Source: Guillardia theta CCMP2712
Taxonomy: Eukaryota; Protista; Cryptophyta
Assembly: GCF_000315625.1 (NCBI RefSeq)
Contig: NW_005434658.1
Location: 826,651-890,650, forward strand
Length of the DNA stretch: 64,000 nt
Reading direction: 5' to 3'
This document shows, one piece after another, positions 57,860-64,000 of this stretch (its first letter is position 1; every line of letters starts with the position of its first letter). The position numbers and the translations under genes are program-made. The notes beneath the pieces were generated by a model, which saw only the letters and a list, made by a program, of their open reading frames with translations, made no database searches and was not told where the DNA came from.

Positions 57860-59139
57860 TGCTGCACTCTCTTGTTTTCAGTGCGCAAGGAAGAAGGGAT
57901 GGGTGAAGAATGAACCTTGAGTCTAACACGAAGGATGATGACAAGGCGAATCAGACTGCCAGTGCAGGAGAACAGGAAGTGGAAGAGGATGAGACGTAGA
58001 GGAGAGGAGGAATAGAGGCTCCAGAAACAAGGCTGATAGGAACGGAAAGATATAGAAGTCACTGAGTCATCCTACTGCGTCCCACTGGGACGGTCACTGA
58101 GAAGTTGCTGGGAACTCCGGGCGCCGCTCGCTGCCGCTGCCGCCGGGGCTACGGGCCCGGGTTCGGGCATGGCCCCGTGCGCCGCCGGTCCGCGATCGCG
58201 CCGTACCGTTGGGACCGTCTGGGAACCGTTGGTCGGGGCCCCCGGGAACTCGAAGCTCGGCCCGGCCCGGCCCGGCCCTTGGGCCTTCTGGTGACTGTCG
58301 GAGTGTGCTGTGCTGAGGCGGAGTGTTGCTGAAGTATACTTATGCCACCGGTGGTTCAGTGAAAAATGATGGGGTGGGGTAATGCCTTTCCGTTGTAGCG
58401 AGGGTGGGTAGTAGAAGAAATGAACAATCAGTGGTGGGTGGGGGGGGGGGGGTTGGTGGGATGAAAGAAACGTACCCTTCAGACCGGTACATTCACTCAT
58501 AAAAATATGGGGGTTCTCCCGATTGGTGCTCATTTATCTCAAGGGCAAGTGACGAAACAACATTTCGTGAGCCGGGGTGGGTGGTGTAGGTGTAGATTTT
58601 CAACAAGGGGGTGAGGGTGGTACTCGACGATGTCGAATGGCACGCGAGGGAGGGAGGGAGAGGGAACGAGGAGGAGGAGGGGGGGAGGGGGCGAGAGGAG
58701 AAGGAAAGAAATTGGACAGGAGGAAGGACCAAGTAGGGAAGAGGTACAAGAGAAGTGCGTTGAGCCGTTCATGCGGCTGCTGACCGAGGCAATGGCCAAG
58801 AGGTCGGCAGCGTGGAGGGCAGGAGGACAAGGAAATAGAGGAGGTTCCCCGATGTGAGAGACTGAAGCTCTGTACCGCAAGTGTTCACATTCTTGACCAA
58901 CAGCTCTCTGCTGTAATTTCCTGTGTCATAATGTTCCTCACTTCATCTGCAGATGGTTTAGAGGAAGCGGCGCTTGCCGTATTCATGACTAGGTTGACTG
59001 TGGGGGATATGACAGCAGGAGTTGTCCTGTGAGGCAGGTCATGCAGGAAAGCTGAAAGAGATCAACAAGACATTGCTTGCTTGCCAGGATGTCGAACTCG
59101 TTTTGATTGATTGGGGAGGGAAACAGTAAAACTTGTTCA

Positions 59140-61767
59140 ATGGCGGAAAATGTTTCCGCTGTGAAGGATGAAGATGAGTTTTCTGAAGAGAACACCTTCG
59201 AAGTGTGCTCAGGTTGCTGTGCTTTGGGATGATATGGTGATGTGATGGGATCCTTTAGAATTCAAACACGCCGACACTGAAGTTAATGAAGAGAACTCTA
59301 CCTGCGCTCGCAGAAGGTAGGCGAAGTGTTCATCAAGGTTTGAGGAATGTGACTGAAATCACGCCAGATTGTTTTCGAGCATCTCGGAAGCTGTTCGCTG
59401 TGCTAAGAATGGAACTTGTATCACTATCAGGCCCGGAAGCTATACCGAAACTTCATGTCTAGGTGACATGTTGCTCTGTTGCGCACTGCTGGTAACTAGA
59501 AGCAGTATTGGACAAAGACCATGTGAAACTCGTCGCGTCAGAAATCCCGAAAGATGGACAGGTGGTGAAGATCTCCTTCGGGTCTCAAGCTCGAGCCTCC
59601 ATCGTTTGCCGTGGCAGGTGACTTTTGTCTTGTGTCTCCCTCGGGATACAGTTGGACTGACAGGGTTTGCAGCGGCATTCTCCTTCAAGGCTTGGAAATC
59701 GTGCAACTGAAGGAGGACAGGTGGGGAAGGAGGAGGCGTGGAGTTGTGTCTGTTTCTCACACGGTTGATGACAGCCAACAATCTTCCATGTCGAAACGGC
59801 TTGATGAGTCGTCGTGCGTTCGAGTTGAGTTTGGCAGCACAGAGATCAAGGATTGCTCCTGCACCAGTGAGCTGGGATACGCGCTGATCGTGCTCAACGA
59901 CGCGAAGCTGTCTGCTCGAACTTGCACTCTGCGACTTTCGTTCCATGGCGCCTTGATCTGCGGAGGCAGCTCACACGTCGAGTTCAGCAAGAATGTAGTC
60001 AGTCAGAACACTGGCTTCGGCATCGTCACGCTCGATGACGCCGCCGGCACTTTCTCTGAGAACAGCATCCACGAGAATGGCAAGTGTGGCGTCGTCTGCT
60101 CGGGACAGTCTTCTGCTGTGTTCGAGAGCAATACGGTGGCGGATGGAGCACAGGGAGGCTTCTGGAGCCAAGACAGGTCAACGTGTACAATCCGTAGGAA
60201 TCGCGTCTACAACAACCTGAAGACAGCGCTGCAAGTGAGCAACATGAGTGAGCCGGACGTGTCGGACAACAAGATCTTCGATGGCAGGGGCGGCGGGATA
60301 ATCGTGCACGACTCTGCGAAAGGGACTTATCGGCGCAACCTCCTGTCAAACAACTTTCAAGCCGGGCTCGGGGTGATGGACAACGCTTGTCCGCTGCTCG
60401 TGGACAACACGGTGCTCTCCAACAAGTCGGGAGGAGTCGTGATGGCTGGGTCGGCACGTGCTGTCTTTGTGGGCAACACGATCTCTGGGAATTCATTCGC
60501 AGGAGTCGGGCTGAAGGAGAGTGCTCAACCGCTCTTCGACGGGACGATCATACGGGACAATCATGGGTATGGCGTGCTCATGCAAGGAAGCTGCTTGGCG
60601 ACGCTGCAGAATTGCGTGATCGAGGGGAACAAGAAGAGCGGCGTGTGCGGGACGGGGACGACAAGCGTCACAGTCGACAGCTGTACAATCGGGTGACTGG
60701 AGCCCTTGACTAACGAGCTTGCTGACGTAGCTAATGTGTCAGGTGCGGGAATGAGCAGAGGACAGGTTTTCTGCTGCATGACTCAGCGAGCATGCAGCTC
60801 TTCAACTCCCATCTCTTCGGGCATCATGGAGGGAATGTGGTGATGAGGGACAAGACCAGGGGGACGCTGGAGAGGAACACGATCGCTGAGTCGGAGGGAG
60901 CAGGCCTCGTGCTCCAGGGCAACTCCGACGTGAAGCTCTTCGGCAACGTGATCCGAGACGGGAAGGTTTCCAACGTGGTGGCGCTTGACGGAGCTCGAGT
61001 GCTGGCGGTGAGAAACTCTCTGATGGACTCCCATGGCGTCGGTATGCTGGCGATGGACTCTTGCTCGGTGAAGCTCGCCTACAACCTCGTCATTGGCAAC
61101 GGAGGGACGGGGATCCACTGCACTGGCAACTCATCTGCCAACCTTTGCGCCAACAGGATCAGCCAGAACGAAAGCGGGGGTGAGTCCCCTGCCGCTTGCT
61201 CGTTGCCTTGTCGCTAACATCTCCCCTCCAGGCGTCATGCTCGAGCAGTCGCAGGGGCCTGTCCTCTGCTGGAATGTGATCTACGACAATGGGGGGCCTG
61301 CGATCCAACTGCAGGAGGTGAACAGGGGAAGCCTCGTCGGCAACATTGTGCTGGGGGGCAGCCGGGAGAGTGCGGTTCCTGTGATGATGGACAACCAGTC
61401 GAGTGGGCGATGCGAGCACAACTACGTGCAAGCAAACAAGGAGATGGAGGAGGTGGCGAGAGGATCTTCAGTTGACTTGAGCTCGAACCACTTGCTAGCT
61501 GAGGAACATTGGGAAGAGGTGGTGCACTGGGGGCTTGACGAGATCCTGAAGAACAGCGGGATCTCGGGGGAGTGTGTCGTGATCGAGATGCCGGGGGAGA
61601 GCGAGGAGGAGGAAGCAGGCGGCATGCTATGCGTTGGACTGCCCTCAGACAGGATGTGCAAGAGCGGACTCGAGGCAGTCTTTGAGAACCTCTCGTTGGG
61701 AAGCAGGGGAGCAGAGGACGAGGTGGGGAGAGAGGAAGGAAACGGGTCGAGCGGTGAAGCGACATAG
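59140..61767 (+). CDS. Right-handed parallel beta-helix (pectin-lyase-like, NosD/CASH, FBXO11-like repeats) protein; start uncertain
   Basis: FSSISEAVRCAKNGTCITIRPGSYTE is followed by about 23-aa repeats such as NSIHENGKCGVVC, NKIFDGRGGGIIV and NTISGNSFAGVGL. No F-box seen. Confidence 0.85.
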
Positions 61768-62143
61768 AAATTGTTCAGTGAAATCGCTCAAGCGAACTGT
61801 CCCTCAGACCTCCTACACATGACTCATCCCACGGTCGATGCCGGACGAGGGGCTCCTGATGACCAGTCCGACCGCAGCCTCTCAGTACGCATCAGCTCAG
61901 AGTCAGTGTGGTCGCAGCTTTCGTAGTGCCAGGCTTCCGAAGTTCCGCCGGAAGTTCGTCACGTAGTACGGTACCGGGGCCCGTCACGAGCCTCTCCCCG
62001 AGTTCCGAAGTTCACTAGAGTCCGGTTGTCCCTCGTCCCCGCTCTTACTAGCTCCTTGTTGTCCCAGTTCTGGTCCCAGTTCTTGTCCCCTGTTGTCCCG
62101 CGCTCATCACTGCGCTTATCAGGCCTTGCTGCAGAACCTCCGT

Positions 62144-62320
62144 CCTCCTCTCCTCTCCTCTCCTCTCCTCTCGTCTCGTCTCGTCTCCTCTCCTCTCCTC
62201 TCCTCTCCTCTCCTCTCCTCTCCTCTCCTCTCCTCTCCTCTCCTCTCCTCTCCTCTCCTCTGGTCTCGTCTCGTCTCCTCTCCTCTCCTCTCCTCTCCTC
62301 TCCTCTCCTCTCCTCTCCTT
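62144..62320. repeat. (TCTCC)n microsatellite
   Basis: Direct observation. Confidence 0.95.
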
Positions 62321-62468
62321 CTACATACACCCCTCTCCAATCCGCTCATCTCACCTTTGTCATCTCTCCTCTCATTTCTCCTACTTTCATTTTCTGTCCT
62401 CACCCCCTCCCTCGCTCATTCTTCTTTGACCTTTTTCTTTTCTTCCTCCCTCACACCTTCATTGCCGC

Positions 62469-62993
62469 ATGTCTTCCGACGATCAGAATGACCATGTCCA
62501 GGAGGCCTTGAGGATCTCAAAGCTGCATGAAGACGAGGATAACGCCATTGCGGAACTGCGCAGGGAGCTCGCAGAGCAGGAGTTGCTCCTGGAGGAGCAC
62601 GAGAACATGCTGGCGGGAGACGAGTCGAAGCTGGAGACCATGATCAAAGATCTCAGGAGGGAGCTGCGAGGGTGCCAGGACGAGAGCTGGAGGATGGACC
62701 AGCTGAGCGAGCTGGAGGACATGCAGGAGCAGCTCCTCTTCAGCATGCTTCCTCCAGGAGCCATGGCACAGGCGGCCGTCAGCGACCCCCTAGCAGAGCT
62801 GTCCTCGTTGAACGCGGAGATGGATGAAGAGCTAGACAATCTCAGGAGCAAGCTCGGCAGCGTCAAGCTCGAGTTTGATGCACTGCATGCGCAGCGGCAG
62901 AAGCTTCAGGAGGATCTGCAGAGGTTTGAGGAGGAGGAGGAGGAGGAGGAGGAGGAGGAAGGGAGGCTGGTGATGGAGAGGGAAGGCAAATGA
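62469..62993 (+). CDS. Hypothetical acidic coiled-coil protein, intronless
   Basis: 174-aa ATG-initiated ORF with heptad-like Leu/Glu pattern and GC3-biased codons. Confidence 0.7.
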   Translation: MSSDDQNDHVQEALRISKLHEDEDNAIAELRRELAEQELLLEEHENMLAGDESKLETMIKDLRRELRGCQDESWRMDQLSELEDMQEQLLFSMLPPGAMAQAAVSDPLAELSSLNAEMDEELDNLRSKLGSVKLEFDALHAQRQKLQEDLQRFEEEEEEEEEEEGRLVMEREGK

Positions 62994-63034
62994 TTTCACG
63001 TGTGGCTTTATTCAATCATTCTTATTCATCGTCC

Positions 63035-63815
63035 TCCTCTCATGGCCCCTTCTTCAGCTTGAAACCCGATAAAAGATCTGCAAACGCATCCGTTGCCTGC
63101 TCTCCGCTAAGTAAACTCTCCCTCCTCCCCCATACCTCGTCCTCTTCTTGCCCACCCCCCAGCCCCCCACCCTTCGCCTAACCCTCCCTCTTCGCTCCCC
63201 CCTCTTTGTTCGCTCCCTCCCTGACCTTGGTCTTGGCTTCGGTTCCTCCTCGTACCGCAGCACTTCGTGAGGCAGCTCCCACCTACCGCATGATCACTAC
63301 AATGTTTCCCTCCCCGCCCCCCCCAGCTTTCCTCCACCTCCTCTTGCTCTTCTTGCTCCACCTCCTCGTCGTCTATGGTCCCTTCCCCTCCCATCCTCAC
63401 CTTAGATGCAGATGATAAAACTGTCTTAGCTGACATGCTAAGCGCTGACATCGCCTGCAGTAGAGCTTGAGGAGGGAGGAAGGAGGGGGGAGAGAGAAGG
63501 AGAAGGAGAGAAGGAGAAGGAGGGGAATGGGGGTTGGGGTCACAAAGAGATGAAGAAGGAAAGACAACCTTTGATCGAGCAGCAGCGAGACCGGAAACAT
63601 CGGAGGGTGAGGCTGGAAAAAGAAAGTCAGTCGCGCACAGGAGCTGGGAGGATGCGAAAGGAGGACGGAGAGGTGGTGGGGAGAGTCTCAGGTACAAACC
63701 TGCTGGGGAGGCAGCTCCTGTGTCGGGCAGTGCGGCTGGCGCAGAGGAAGGGGAGGAAAGGGTTACGTCAAAGTTGAGCTGCATGAGGTCGGAGTCGAGC
63801 TGATGGAAAACTTGA
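63035..63815 (-). CDS. 3' exons of a hypothetical gene entering from beyond the window
   Basis: Exons VFHQLDSDLMQLNFDV...AARSK, ALLQAMSALSMSAKTVLSSASK and VGAASRSAAVRGGTEAKTK have GT/AG borders. The 3' end is approximate. Confidence 0.5.
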
Positions 63816-63846
63816 GCGAGAAGCAACGAAGGAGAGGAGAGGAGAG

Positions 63847-63996
<150 letters not shown>

Positions 63997-64000
63997 GAGG

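Noticed and set aside
61959-62511. ORFs with EERRG / LSSPL repeats
   Set aside because: Translations of the (TCTCC)n microsatellite.

Overview
Gene-dense eukaryotic nuclear DNA with many very short (about 40-60 nt) spliceosomal introns, GA/CT-rich low-complexity tracts and one 100-N assembly gap. Several genes carry signal-peptide plus transit-peptide leaders, typical of an alga with a complex red plastid. The overall style suggests a cryptophyte such as Guillardia theta (inference, not verified). About 20 protein-coding genes can be read: M16 and M48 peptidases, a 1263-aa BTB-pentapeptide protein, an alpha-carbonic-anhydrase-like protein, a PDZ protein, a cNMP-binding/C2 protein, RsmI, a GT37-like fucosyltransferase, a lumen-targeted alpha/beta-hydrolase, a TPR protein, a small CHCH-like protein, two RWP-RK genes, an ABHD/YheT hydrolase, a P5 ATPase, a CCR4/EEP nuclease, MED4 and a beta-helix protein. 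The segment 35.4-43.2 kb is a rearrangement hotspot: a microhomology-bounded tandem duplication, a solo LTR with a 5-bp target-site duplication, a chromodomain relic and a gene-sized inverted duplication of an RWP-RK gene. Other points of note: a C2 domain inserted inside a cNMP-binding domain, a GC-AG intron that could fuse RsmI to a VOC module, two likely pseudo-enzymes, an exact 101-aa super-repeat, a PAM2-like motif in the deadenylase, and recurring promoter motif arrays (GGGT[A/G], TGASTCA, GTAC). Exon boundaries were read by eye, so gene ends are approximate where stated.
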